Source of the DNA: Octopus bimaculoides
Lineage: Eukaryota
Assembly (NCBI RefSeq): GCF_001194135.2
Contig: NC_068983.1
Coordinates: 35,745,369 to 35,796,382 of the forward strand
Length of the DNA: 51,014 bases
Reading direction: 5' to 3'
Shown piece after piece: positions 36,737 to 47,834 of the stretch. The position numbers and the translations under genes are program-made. The notes beneath the pieces are model-generated. The model did no database searches and was not told where the DNA came from. It was given only the letters and a program-made list of their open reading frames with translations. Positions within the stretch are counted from its first letter, which is position 1, and each line of letters begins with the position of its first letter.

Positions 36737-38208
36737 ATTTAGTGACATAACACTGACATATTTTGATTGAACACCAGGATGATATTCATATAAAAGTAAA
36801 CCTATTTGAGTAATTTGGCTTTCAGATGAAAGGCAAAGTTAATTCAAATGACATCTGAACTCAAAATAGAGAAGGACATCAAGTCTGGTACTTTACTTAT
36901 TTCTACCAACTCAACCTATTAATTTCTACTGATTGGCACCAAAAGAGTTTTATGATGTGTGTGTGAGTGTGTGTGTGTGAGAGAGAGAGCGAAATAGGAA
37001 ATAGTCACATTTATGCCTTTCCCAATGACATTAATTGAAGTATCTGCTTGCTGAGAGCTTTCTTCCTCCTCTACAGCAATTACTTCAAAAACATACAATA
37101 TTGATTCTTTACATTTGTGACAGAAAGCCACAAATTTATAGAGAAGGGGTAATATTTGATTGAACAGACTTTCAATATATCACCAGTATTTTATTGACAC
37201 AAGAGAGAGAGAGAGAGAGAGAGAGATGGAGGAAGAGACAAAGCTGACCTCAACTGAATTTGGACTCAAAAAATAAAAAGACATAGCTAAAAACTGAGGT
37301 TTTCTGTCAGATGCTCCACCAACTCTATCATCTGCCATCCTGGAAACACACACACAATACTGAAAGTCTTATATTGAATTATTTCCTTTCATTCAAAATT
37401 CAAGTTCTACAAATGTCTTTTTTTTTTTAATACTTTATTTTATTTTTGCTAGAATTTGTACTTACATATTCTACATTCTGTTGCTGATTTATTGCAACAG
37501 AGAGAAAATGAAAAAAGACTAAGTGACATTTATAGATTTTTCAGGTGTACAAAAGCAGCATGTAAAGTGAAATGGTTATAAGTGATACTCAAAACTGGTT
37601 AACAAACTCAACTTGCTGCCACTTGTCTATACATTCTTGACAAACAAATTTCTCACAAGACAGAGCAGTAAATGAAAGTTACACAGGATAGTCAGCATTG
37701 TTTTAAGTGCAGGAATTAAGTATGCAAAACACAATATAATCTATGTTTATACAAATAGATTGTTTCCTTTTCTACAGGATTTATACTGTTTCACTGTTTA
37801 CAGGAAATACAGCATAATAGTAGACATTCACTCACTCCTTCCTTGAGAGTTTCAACTAGATGAAGTGATGTAGAAGGGATAAAAAGAAAAAGAGAAAAAG
37901 CAAAATCAGATTTCAGAATTTTTGTTTACTAGTAAACCTATCTCAATGCGATTGCCTAGACATGGTTTAATAAACAAAACCAGAAATGATAGTGACATTG
38001 ATGAAGATACAGTTGGTTGAGATAATTAACACTTCTCATTTGCAGTACTATAATTCAGGAAAAAGGTAAAAATGTTCCTTTTTTTTTTTTTTGAACTTGT
38101 GAGATCTAACTGCAATTAAAGAGATGCTTCACAGGGCATCTTTATGTTAGTCTCAAGAATGCAATGAATCTAAAGTACAGTCCAGCCTTCAGCAAACTAA
38201 TAATGAGG

Positions 38209-39430
38209 ATTTCAAATTTTGGCACAAGGCCGGCAATTTCAGGTGAGAGGTGTAAGTTGATAAAATTAACCCCAGTACTCAACAGGTACTTATATTATCA
38301 ACCCCTAGAGAGGATAAAAGGCAAAGCTGACCTTGGTAGAATTTGAACTCAGAACATAGAGATGGATGGGAATACAACTAAGCATTTTGCTTGGTATGCT
38401 AACAGTTCTACAAGGTCACCACCCTAATAATAATAATAATCATCATCATCATCATCATTTAACGTCCACTTTCCATGCTAGCATGGGTTGGACGATTTGA
38501 CTGAGGACTGGTGAACCAGATGGCTACACCAGGCTCCAATCTGATTTGGCAGAGTTTCTACAGCTGGATGCCCTTCCTAATGCCAACCACTCTGAGAGTG
38601 TAGTGGGTGCTTTTACGTGCCACCGGCACGACAGCCAGTCAATAATAATGATAATCCTTTCTACTACAGGCACAAGGCCTGAAATCGGTTGGGGGTGGAG
38701 TTAAGCTGATTCCATCGACCCCAGTGCATAACTAGTACTTATTTCATCAACCCCAGTGCGGAACTGGTACTTATTTCATCGACCCCAAAAGGATGGAAGG
38801 CAAAGTCGACCTTAGCTGAATTTGAACTCAGGACATAGCAGCAGGCAATATACCGCTAAGCATTTTGCCCAGCATACTAACAATTCCGCCAGCTTGCCAC
38901 CATAATCATCATCATTGTTTAACGTCCACTTTCCATGCTAGCATGGGTTGAACGATTTGACTGAGGACTGGTGAACCAGATGGCTGCACCAGGCTCCAAT
39001 CTGATCTGGCAGAGTTTCTACAGCTGGATGTCCTTCCAAACGCCAACCACTCCGAGAGTGTAGTGGATGCTTTTACGTGCCACCAGTACGAGGGCAAGTC
39101 AGGCGGTACTGGCAACGACCTCGCTCGAATGTTTTGTTCAAGCGCCAGTAAAGCGATGGTGGTAACGATCACACTCAAATGGTGCTTTTTACATACCACT
39201 GGCACGGAAGCCAGGCAGCTGCTCTGGCAGTGGTCCCGCTCAGATGGTGCTGTTAGCGCTCCACTGGCACAGGTGCCAGTCATCGAATTTGGTACAATTT
39301 TGATTTCACTTGCCCCAACAGGTCTTCGCAAGCAGAGTTTAGTGTCCAATGAAGGAAGGTTGGCATGAGTGCCAATCGTCGAATTTGGTTTGATTTCGAT
39401 TGCCTCTACAGGTCTTCACAAGCAGGGTTT
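38209..39430 (-). mobile_element. Alternating cluster: SINE B, family C, SINE B, family C
   Basis: B 38209-38425, C 38441-38640, B 38654-38901, C 38906 to about 39430. All are on the same strand. Confidence 0.85.
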
Positions 39431-39578
39431 TGTGTCCAAAGTACATGACTGGAAGTGGTACCCCAGCATGGCCACAGTCTAATATGTAAAACTAGTAATA
39501 AAATAGTAAAAATGAGAGAGTATATGTCTTATATTAGAATCAACTTTAAACTAAAGAAGAGTGTGTGTGTGTGCTTAC

Positions 39579-39696
39579 CTGACGATCCATGGGCATACCT
39601 AGATTTTACCAACACTCCACCTAGGAGGATCCATGAAATAAAGTCTAGTACTCAGCCCTTGATTGTAACCCAGGAGATTTGGCTGGAGAGGTAAAC
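39579..39696 (-). other. Candidate 118-nt spliced exon (5'UTR/start-codon or non-coding)
   Basis: Minus strand: TCTGTTTTATTATTTACAG|GTTTACC ... GGATCGTCAG|GTAAGC. Unique, GC-richer sequence with stops in all three frames. Ends in ATGCCCATGGATCGTCAG (MPMDRQ, phase 0). Confidence 0.45.
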
Positions 39697-39732
39697 CTGT
39701 AAATAATAAAACAGATACATTAAGATTAATAG

Positions 39733-39735
<3 letters not shown>

Positions 39736-39786
<51 letters not shown>

Positions 39787-39831
39787 NNNNNNNNNNNNNN
39801 NNNNNNNNNNNNNNNNNNNNNNNNNNNNNNN

Positions 39832-39882
<51 letters not shown>
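39736..39882. repeat. (GA)n microsatellite spanning a 45-N gap (39787-39831)
   Basis: Directly visible. Confidence 0.9.
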
Positions 39883-39885
<3 letters not shown>

Positions 39886-40109
39886 AGTAACTCTGAAACT
39901 CTGAGGAAGAGAATAATTGACCTGAAGGTAGATTGCAGAAAGCCTTTCAGTCCAGACACAGAAGCCTGTAATGTAACATGGTTGGTCATAGGAAGGATAT
40001 CCAGCCATAGAAAGCAAGTTAAAAATGAAATGTAACAGTAATAAGTAGTCTTCCAACCCATTCCAGCATGTAAAGATAAAGCAAGCATAAAATGATGACC
40101 ATAATATAT

Positions 40110-40306
40110 ATCATATATATTATCAAGTTCCCTTAATACATATATATTATATATATTATCAAGTTCCCTTAATATATATGTTATATATATTATCAAGTTC
40201 ACTTAATATATATGTTATATATATATTATCAAGCTCCCTTAATATATATGTTATATATATATTATCAAGCTCCCTTAATATATATTATATATATCATCAA
40301 GTTCCC

Positions 40307-40340
<34 letters not shown>
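40110..40340. repeat. AT-rich minisatellite (unit about 35-37 bp, core TATATTATCAAG(T/C)TC(C/A)CTTAATA) running into (TA)n
   Basis: Six copies of the ATCAAG(T/C)TC(C/A)CTTAATA core separated by TA-rich linkers. Confidence 0.9.
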
Positions 40341-41217
40341 NNNNNNNNNNNNNNNNNNNNNNNNNNNNNNNNNNNNNNNNNNNNNNNNNNNNNNNNNNNN
40401 NNNNNNNNNNNNNNNNNNNNNNNNNNNNNNNNNNNNNNNNNNNNNNNNNNNNNNNNNNNNNNNNNNNNNNNNNNNNNNNNNNNNNNNNNNNNNNNNNNNN
40501 NNNNNNNNNNNNNNNNNNNNNNNNNNNNNNNNNNNNNNNNNNNNNNNNNNNNNNNNNNNNNNNNNNNNNNNNNNNNNNNNNNNNNNNNNNNNNNNNNNNN
40601 NNNNNNNNNNNNNNNNNNNNNNNNNNNNNNNNNNNNNNNNNNNNNNNNNNNNNNNNNNNNNNNNNNNNNNNNNNNNNNNNNNNNNNNNNNNNNNNNNNNN
40701 NNNNNNNNNNNNNNNNNNNNNNNNNNNNNNNNNNNNNNNNNNNNNNNNNNNNNNNNNNNNNNNNNNNNNNNNNNNNNNNNNNNNNNNNNNNNNNNNNNNN
40801 NNNNNNNNNNNNNNNNNNNNNNNNNNNNNNNNNNNNNNNNNNNNNNNNNNNNNNNNNNNNNNNNNNNNNNNNNNNNNNNNNNNNNNNNNNNNNNNNNNNN
40901 NNNNNNNNNNNNNNNNNNNNNNNNNNNNNNNNNNNNNNNNNNNNNNNNNNNNNNNNNNNNNNNNNNNNNNNNNNNNNNNNNNNNNNNNNNNNNNNNNNNN
41001 NNNNNNNNNNNNNNNNNNNNNNNNNNNNNNNNNNNNNNNNNNNNNNNNNNNNNNNNNNNNNNNNNNNNNNNNNNNNNNNNNNNNNNNNNNNNNNNNNNNN
41101 NNNNNNNNNNNNNNNNNNNNNNNNNNNNNNNNNNNNNNNNNNNNNNNNNNNNNNNNNNNNNNNNNNNNNNNNNNNNNNNNNNNNNNNNNNNNNNNNNNNN
41201 NNNNNNNNNNNNNNNNN
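40341..41217. other. Assembly gap (877 N)
   Basis: N run flanked by (TA)n on both sides. Confidence 1.
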
Positions 41218-41259
<42 letters not shown>

Positions 41260-41263
<4 letters not shown>

Positions 41264-42360
41264 GCGCAGGAAGTAAATAGACACCTTTAATGCTCAAAAT
41301 TTCTGATCTAAGCATCTTAATATGTTTTCAGCAGTGTAGAATTTACAATGTAATTATTCTTTTTCATTTCAGGTGCCATTATATTAAACATTGGCGAAGA
41401 GTAACCATGCCACGCACAAAAAATTCAGCAGAGCTGTCAGATTTTCAAAGAGGCTATATTGTTGGGCAATCTGAGGCTGGTCTTAGCCAGCGAAAACTTG
41501 CTGAAAATTTTCAAATTCCTCTTGCTACTGTTAATAGAATTATAGTGCAATTCAAAAGTGAACGAAAAGAATCAATAGATTCTCACCCCGGCCGACCTAG
41601 TCCCTCAGAAAGGAAGCTTTGCTGTTTGAAGAGAATTGTGGAAAATGAACCCCCGTTCAAAGGCTTTTGACATTGCAAAACAGCTAGAAGTTATTCCAAG
41701 AATGTGTGTTACATATCTGCATAAGCTTGGGTATAATGGATGAACAGCTAGAAGACCTCTCCTTCAATCAATTAATATCATGAAAAGAAAGAAATGGGCA
41801 AAGGAGATATCAGAAAAATCCAGTTCATTTTAGGATAGAGTGATTTTCTCAGATGAATCCAGATTTGCATTATTTTCTGATAGTGGACATGTTTGGGTCT
41901 GGAGGCTTCCCAATCAAGAATTGATTTGAAATGACTCCAACCAACTGAGAAACATGGCGGTATCTCTGTAATGGTATGGGGAGCTGTCACCAGCAATGGT
42001 CGTTCTGAGCTGATTGAATGTGTTGGAACCATAAAATCTGAAAAATACATTGAATACTTAAGCAAGGACTACTTCTGATGTATTCACACGATAGCATAAC
42101 GAAAAATGTGTTTTTATTCATGGAAGATGGAGCTCCATGCCACACAGCGAAAAGGAATCAATAATGGCTGACTGAAAATGGGATCAAAAAGCTTCCTTAG
42201 CCAAGCCAATCTCTTGACATGAACCCAATTGAAACTCTTTGGAGCATATTAAATAGAGCTATACGAAAAACTCGACAGAAACCTATATCTAAAGATGAAT
42301 TGTTTCGATTGTTGCGTGAAAAGTGGGCAGAAATTCCACAAGAGACAATCATAAAGTTCA
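41260..42360 (+). pseudogene. Tc1-family (DD34E) transposase pseudogene, 3' end truncated
   Basis: ATG at 41407 ([20 protein letters not shown]...HPGRP), [33 protein letters not shown] (D at 42126-42128) and MNPIETLW (E at 42231-42233). Exactly 34 codons lie between D and E. Multiple stops and frameshifts, and no right TIR seen. Confidence 0.92.
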
Positions 42361-42583
42361 TCATGTTAATTAAGATTATACATGGATAAGATATCTATCC
42401 ATCTATCTTTCTATCTGGGCGGATGGATGGGCATGGGTAGGTAAGTAGGTAGATAGGTACTTTCTCATGTTCTTTTCTACATCATACATATGTACATGTG
42501 TATTCAATCAAACACATTCAATAATAACTGCAACAATAACATGCTAAAAATACCATATGGTATATATTTATGTCTCTTTACAT

Positions 42584-42897
42584 CAGTAGTTCACAAAGTG
42601 GGCGGTATTGCCCCCACTGAGGGCAGCAGAAAGTTTCAAGGGGGCGTTGAAGATAAGTGAGGCAATAATAGGGGAGCAATTCATGTAAAAAGTGGGGCAA
42701 TAATGGGGTAGCTATTCATGTAAAAACAACTAAATAATGGGTTCATTAGGTTAAGTTTTATTTGTGAAATACAGTTGCTTTGAATTTGCTTCAGAAAGAG
42801 GTCTATGTTTGTGATGGTTAGTGGGGGATGGGTGGGGTGTTAGGAATGTGGCCTGGGTGTCAAGGGGTGGCAGCCTGAAAAAGTTTGGGAACGACTG
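42584..42897. mobile_element. hAT MITE, 314 bp
   Basis: TIRs CAGTAGTTCACAAA / TTTGGGAACGACTG (12/14). Perfect TSD CTTTACAT (42576-42583 / 42898-42905). Confidence 0.92.
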
Positions 42898-43194
42898 CTT
42901 TACATCCTGAGTTCAAATCCCAGGTGTTACTAAGTACCTGTAATACACAATAATCAAGTTAATCAACTGTGTACATTAGTCCATGTCCAATGTTAGAAAT
43001 CAATAATGATACAATATATATATATATTATTAATGTATGTATTAAGTTAAAAATCACTATTATTATTATTCAATATTAATTGCCTTTAATGCTATTATTG
43101 CTCTCGTTCCAGCAACTTGGGATACAAACTACTCACTGTATTTATGTGTAACAACAATAAACTGAATTTAAAAGTAACCCGGAAACAATTGTGT

Positions 43195-43440
43195 TCACGT
43201 GTGTATGTGTGTGTGTGCTTCTGTGTATGTGCTTATGTACATGTGTGTGTGTGTGTGTGTGTGTGCATGCATGTGTGTCTGTGCATGTATGTGTACATAT
43301 GCATGTCCATGTGTGTATGTTTGTTTATGCATGTGTGTGTATGTTTATGCATGTATGTGTGTGGTGTGGTGTGGTGTGATATGTGTGTGTGTGTGTGTGC
43401 ATATATATATATATATGTGCATGTGTGTATATGTTGTGCT
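43195..43440. repeat. Complex (GT)n/(ATGT)n low-complexity tract
   Basis: Directly visible. Source of the CVCVCM-type ORFs. Confidence 0.9.
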
Positions 43441-43479
43441 CATGAGTGCGTTTCACAAACCCTAGGCATCTACTTCTGA

Positions 43480-43760
43480 GCCAGAAACTACTCCTTCTTT
43501 GATTAGTTTCTCATCCTCTATAAAACTCAAGTATGACTCACATTGGAGTATTGCTCTCACATCCAGAATGATGCTGCAGCTGCAGACAAACATCATACTA
43601 CTACAATAACTTCTGTTCCTTAAAATTAGCACCTACATAACCGCAGCATCCAACACACTCATCATTCCAGCGTTCTTCATCCCTACTGCATCTCATCTCC
43701 TTCCAGCTCATGCTAAAAGAAACCTAATCCTTCTCCCTTAGATCTGCATCCCACTGAAAT
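43480..43760 (+). mobile_element. Possible highly degenerate CR1/L2 LINE 3' end
   Basis: Only weak translated similarity (RQTSYYYNNFCS.., LLPAHAKRN-like) to a LINE RT C-terminus. Confidence 0.25.
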
Positions 43761-43800
43761 TTCTTTTCCTCCTACATTTTTCCTCCATACATAAACTTAA

Positions 43801-44018
43801 ACCATTAGCTTTTAAACTGGCCACATCTGACCAAAATATTCTTTCTGCTTTATGTTCAAAAATGGTCAGATCCAGCGTTTCACACCTGCCCTACACCATC
43901 ATTCAAATAAACAATCACATTATCAAAATCTCAAAGCTACAAGATGATAAGTGATTAGTTGAAAATAATGTGCCTAAATAAGTATTACATTAGATAGAGT
44001 AATCTGAATGCTAAAGGG
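43801..44018. mobile_element. TTAA/piggyBac-type MITE (family E)
   Basis: TTAA at 43797-43800 and AATGCTAAAGGG|TTAA at 44019-44022. Homologous to 18545-18765. Confidence 0.8.
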
Positions 44019-44386
44019 TTAATTCACTGTAATAGTTTACCAAAGTTATTAAAATTCATTCAATTACTTACTAAATATTTATGACCTTATATTAAAGCCT
44101 AAGTGGTAGTAGAGAAATTTGGTCAGACAAGCAGTGGGTTGCAGATAGAATTAATATGGCACTTGACATAATGACATCAGAGTAACTAAACAGGAAATTA
44201 CACAGGGCAAAATAACAAGCTTAGTCCCAGAACGATATCTTTTTTTTATCTCAGTACAAAATCTATTTTTACAAATGATGGAAGAGTGTAATAAACCTGG
44301 TTATTACTGATATCAAAACCCAGTCAACCAAACTGAAAGGATGTTATGCCAAATTATCAGTGAAAATATCAAGTTTCCATCCTTAA

Positions 44387-44604
44387 CACTTTAGCATTTA
44401 AACTGGTCAAATCCAGCCAAAATATTCTACCTGTTTTATGTTCAAACTGGCCAGATCTTGCCTATCATGCCTACCTGACAATGTAATTGTAAAAATAAAC
44501 AGTTACATCATCGAAATCTTGACGCTATGGGATAATGTATGATTAACTGAAATCTGAGAATAAATAAGCAATACATTTGACAGAGTGATCTTAATGTCAT
44601 AGGG
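44387..44604. mobile_element. TTAA/piggyBac-type MITE (family E)
   Basis: TTAA|CACTTTAGCATTT start and AGGG|TTAT end. Same body (CAAAATATTCTACCTGTTTTATGTTCAAAC). Confidence 0.8.
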
Positions 44605-44615
44605 TTATACATATA

Positions 44616-44677
<62 letters not shown>

Positions 44678-44755
44678 TGAGAGGGAAAGAGAGATGTGTG
44701 TGTGTAATTTGTATAGTGGTTTATGCCCGACAGATGTGAAAAGAGTCCTCAACAC

Positions 44756-44781
44756 NNNNNNNNNNNNNNNNNNNNNNNNNN
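44756..44781. other. Assembly gap (26 N)
   Basis: N run. Confidence 1.
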
Positions 44782-44891
44782 CTTTACAGGATTTTTTTTG
44801 TTTTTTACTGAAACTAAAAGTTTGTCTTGTGGCTCAATTTTCATCCTAGAAGCTGAAACTCAAATTGCAAGATAAACTTTGTTTCGGTTTC

Positions 44892-44929
<38 letters not shown>

Positions 44930-45011
44930 TATTCAATGTCACTAATATTTTCCCCCATGCTTTGAGTTCCTGAGATGACACACATATCACTTACAAGAGA
45001 GAAAGAGAGAG

Positions 45012-45061
<50 letters not shown>

Positions 45062-45418
45062 GTAAGAGGGAGAAGGAAGAGAGAATGAATGGAAATAAAT
45101 GAAGGCTATTTGTGAACAAAATGCAACAACACCCAGAGAGAGAGAGAGAAAGAGAGAGAAGGTGAATGAAGAAACCAATGAGAAAGACAGTGAATATGAA
45201 GCCCAAATAGTTATCTACTCAATCATCAAGTCATTTAAAAAATGATGAAGATGAAATAACCAAATGGAGTTCAAATCTGCTGCAGTTGTTCCATGTTGTT
45301 CCTGGGCAGGACACTTCATCCTACTCAGATCACTTTGCTGTTAAGATTAGGAAAACTGACTCCGATGTCCTACTCACACTTCTTAAGGTTCAAGGTTTTA
45401 GCTTGAAATGTTTTCTAA

Positions 45419-45497
45419 GGCCCAGTGTTTAAGCTTCAGTTTCATCTTATGTGACTCATCTACTTAGTATGATGAAACTGAAGCTTGAACACAAGCC
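45419..45497. ncRNA. Candidate pre-miRNA-like hairpin
   Basis: 22-bp stem 45425-45446 / 45471-45492 (21 Watson-Crick pairs plus 1 GU on +), 24-nt loop and a short basal stem. Structure only, no expression evidence. Confidence 0.35.
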
Positions 45498-45564
45498 ATT
45501 AAAAAACACAGAGCCTTAGAAATGTAGCACCGCTAGAAATAGCAGCTGAATTTCTCTCAAATTA

Positions 45565-46037
45565 CATCATCATCATCATCATCATCGTTTAACGTCTGCT
45601 TTCCATGCTAGCATGGGTTGGACGATTTGACTGAGGACTGGTGAAACTGGATGGCAACACCAGGCTCCAATCTAATTTGGCAGAGTTTCTACAGCTGGAT
45701 GCCCTTCCTAAAGCCAACCACTCAGAGAGTGTAGTGGGTGCTTTTACGTGTCACCCGCACGAAGGCCAGCCAGGCGGTACTGGCAACGGCCATGCTCAAA
45801 ATGGTGTATTTTATGTGCCACCCGCACAAGAGCCAGTCCAGGGGCACTGGCAACGATCTCGCTCGAAAATCCTACGAAGGCCAGTCAGGCGGTACTGGCA
45901 ACGGTCACGCTCAAAATGGTGTATTTTATGTGCCACCCGCACAAGAGCCAGTCCAGGGGCACTGGCAATGATCTCACTCGAAAATCCTACGAAGGCCAGT
46001 CAGGCGGTACTGGCAATGGCCACGCTCAAAATGGTGT
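45565..46037 (-). mobile_element. Family C copy with about 2.5 tandem 115-bp internal units
   Basis: (CAT)n tail at 45565. ACGAAGGCCAG recurs at 45759, 45874 and 45989 (period 115). Confidence 0.9.
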
Positions 46038-46139
46038 CTGTTTTCAAAATAATGAAGAATACATTTGAATATATCTATAATAATAACAATCTATTTATTT
46101 ATTTATTTATTTAAAGTATATTAAAATCGTTGTAAACTG

Positions 46140-46740
46140 TTATTTCATCATTTAATAATAATGATGAAATTATTGTGTATAGTGCTCAGGAGCACTACAA
46201 CTCATCAAAAGTGCACATACAGTACACAGAATTATGTACAAAAGTCAGGAAAGTGAACAGTGTATGAGTCCTGATATACATGTGTGCATATGTATGGAGT
46301 GGGGGATATCAGGTGTAGTGTTGGCAAATTTCAGGAAGCATGGAGGTTTTAAAGGATGCAATGTCTTGGCAACTAACAACTGATGCAGGTAGTTTGTTCC
46401 AAGCTTCAGCAACTCTGAGTGTGAAAAAGTGTTTCTGAAAGTCATAGGAGCTGTGCTGTTTTCTGACTTTGTTGGCATACCCACATGTGTTAGACATATG
46501 GAGCTCAAAAAGGTGCTCAAGGTGGTTGTTGGCATGATGGTTAATAATTTTGTGGGTGTTTACCAAGTCAGTTGCCAGATGTCAGAGCTTCAGTTTATCT
46601 ATGTCTAGGGAAGCAAGGAATTCAGAGTATGGTAGATGCCTGATGGAGGGTATTCGCTTGGTTACTCATCTCTGAACAGTTTCCAGGAGGTCAATGTCTT
46701 GAGTAAAGAAATAAAGATGGGAAGCTGAAATGACCAATGG
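46140..46740 (-). pseudogene. 3' end of a CR1-clade LINE (RT C-terminal region)
   Basis: DIDLLETVQR*VTKRIPSIRHLPYSE...DLVNTHKII and KVRKQHSSYDFQKHFFTLRVAEAWNKLPASVV...FK, the typical CR1 FFxxRVxxxWNxLP motif. A simple-repeat tail follows. Confidence 0.88.
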
Positions 46741-47834
46741 AAAGTTTTCTTGATAAGGACTGATCTGGAGCAATTGGTCCTTAAACACTGCTTAGCTAAA
46801 ACCCTGGCCCTTAACAACATCTAAAATCTCAAAAGTTATTTTTATATTTTAAAGAGGTAAATCAATAGTTACTACAGACTGTACACACATATCCACAGCA
46901 TCAGAAGCCTGACTAGCAAAGAATATTTAGTCTGTATCCTCTTGAGCCAGAACCAAAAGAAAACGTATATCTCTGAAGTCAGTCTTAATGGGTTGCAAAA
47001 CAGGAAGGGAACCGTTGGCATAACAAAATAACAAATACTTGCTTTAAACACCAATTAAACAGTCATTAGCACTCCACAATAACTTCTATGTAGAGTTTAT
47101 TCAAAGAAAGGAAGATAGAAGGAAGTTGGAAGGTTGGGAAGGAGGGAAATAGACCAATAGAGAGATAAATAGGTAGGTAGATAGACAACAGATAGAAAGA
47201 CAAAAACAAGTAGATAGATATAGATAGAGAGAATGTGTAAGAAACAGACAGAAAGAGAGAAGGAAATTAAAGTAAAACACTTACTTAAACTCAATCTTGT
47301 GCTGCATGTGATATTGCCAGTAATAAAGTAAAGTACTTGAGCTGAGTTAAGTAGCCCACTCCTCATATGTCCTCAAAAGTTTTAAGCTACATCACAATGA
47401 CCATCATCACCATCATCAACTTCCAACAGTGCTATATTTACTTCAGTTACTTGCTATTTCCTGGACAAACCCACTAGCCCACTATCATTAAAAACTAAAC
47501 TGGAACAAAGTAGAGTTGTCCGACCCAGTCATTTGTAAGAAACCAATAGGATGAGTTGACTGTTAAACTTAGTGAGTAAAGACAGTCAAGCTTATTTATG
47601 CTAGTTTATTCCATTATACTTCTGTGTCATCTCCTTGACTTATTTTCTTTTCATTAATGATGTTCTATCAATCACCACCACAAATGTTGTTCATTCCCGG
47701 ACACTTTCTTCATGCACTTTCTTCCTTTGAACTCAGTATCATATTCAACAAGAGTCATCCTCTACATGTTCACTCAATCCTGCAAGAAAAGTAGCCAAAT
47801 TTCCTGAAAATCATAGTTTAACCATCATAGAAAT

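Noticed and set aside
40110-40340. CRISPR-like repeat/spacer pattern
   Set aside because: The 'spacers' are short, near-identical TA-rich linkers, the context is eukaryotic and there are no cas genes. It is a minisatellite.
40178-41315. Four long ORFs of 320-370 aa
   Set aside because: They consist of X from the 877-N gap plus (TA)n translations.
45641-46114. Repetitive ORFs of 77-157 aa (GGTGNGHAQNG repeats), also 38912-39368
   Set aside because: They lie within family C tandem units, several frames on both strands are open, and there are no protein motifs.
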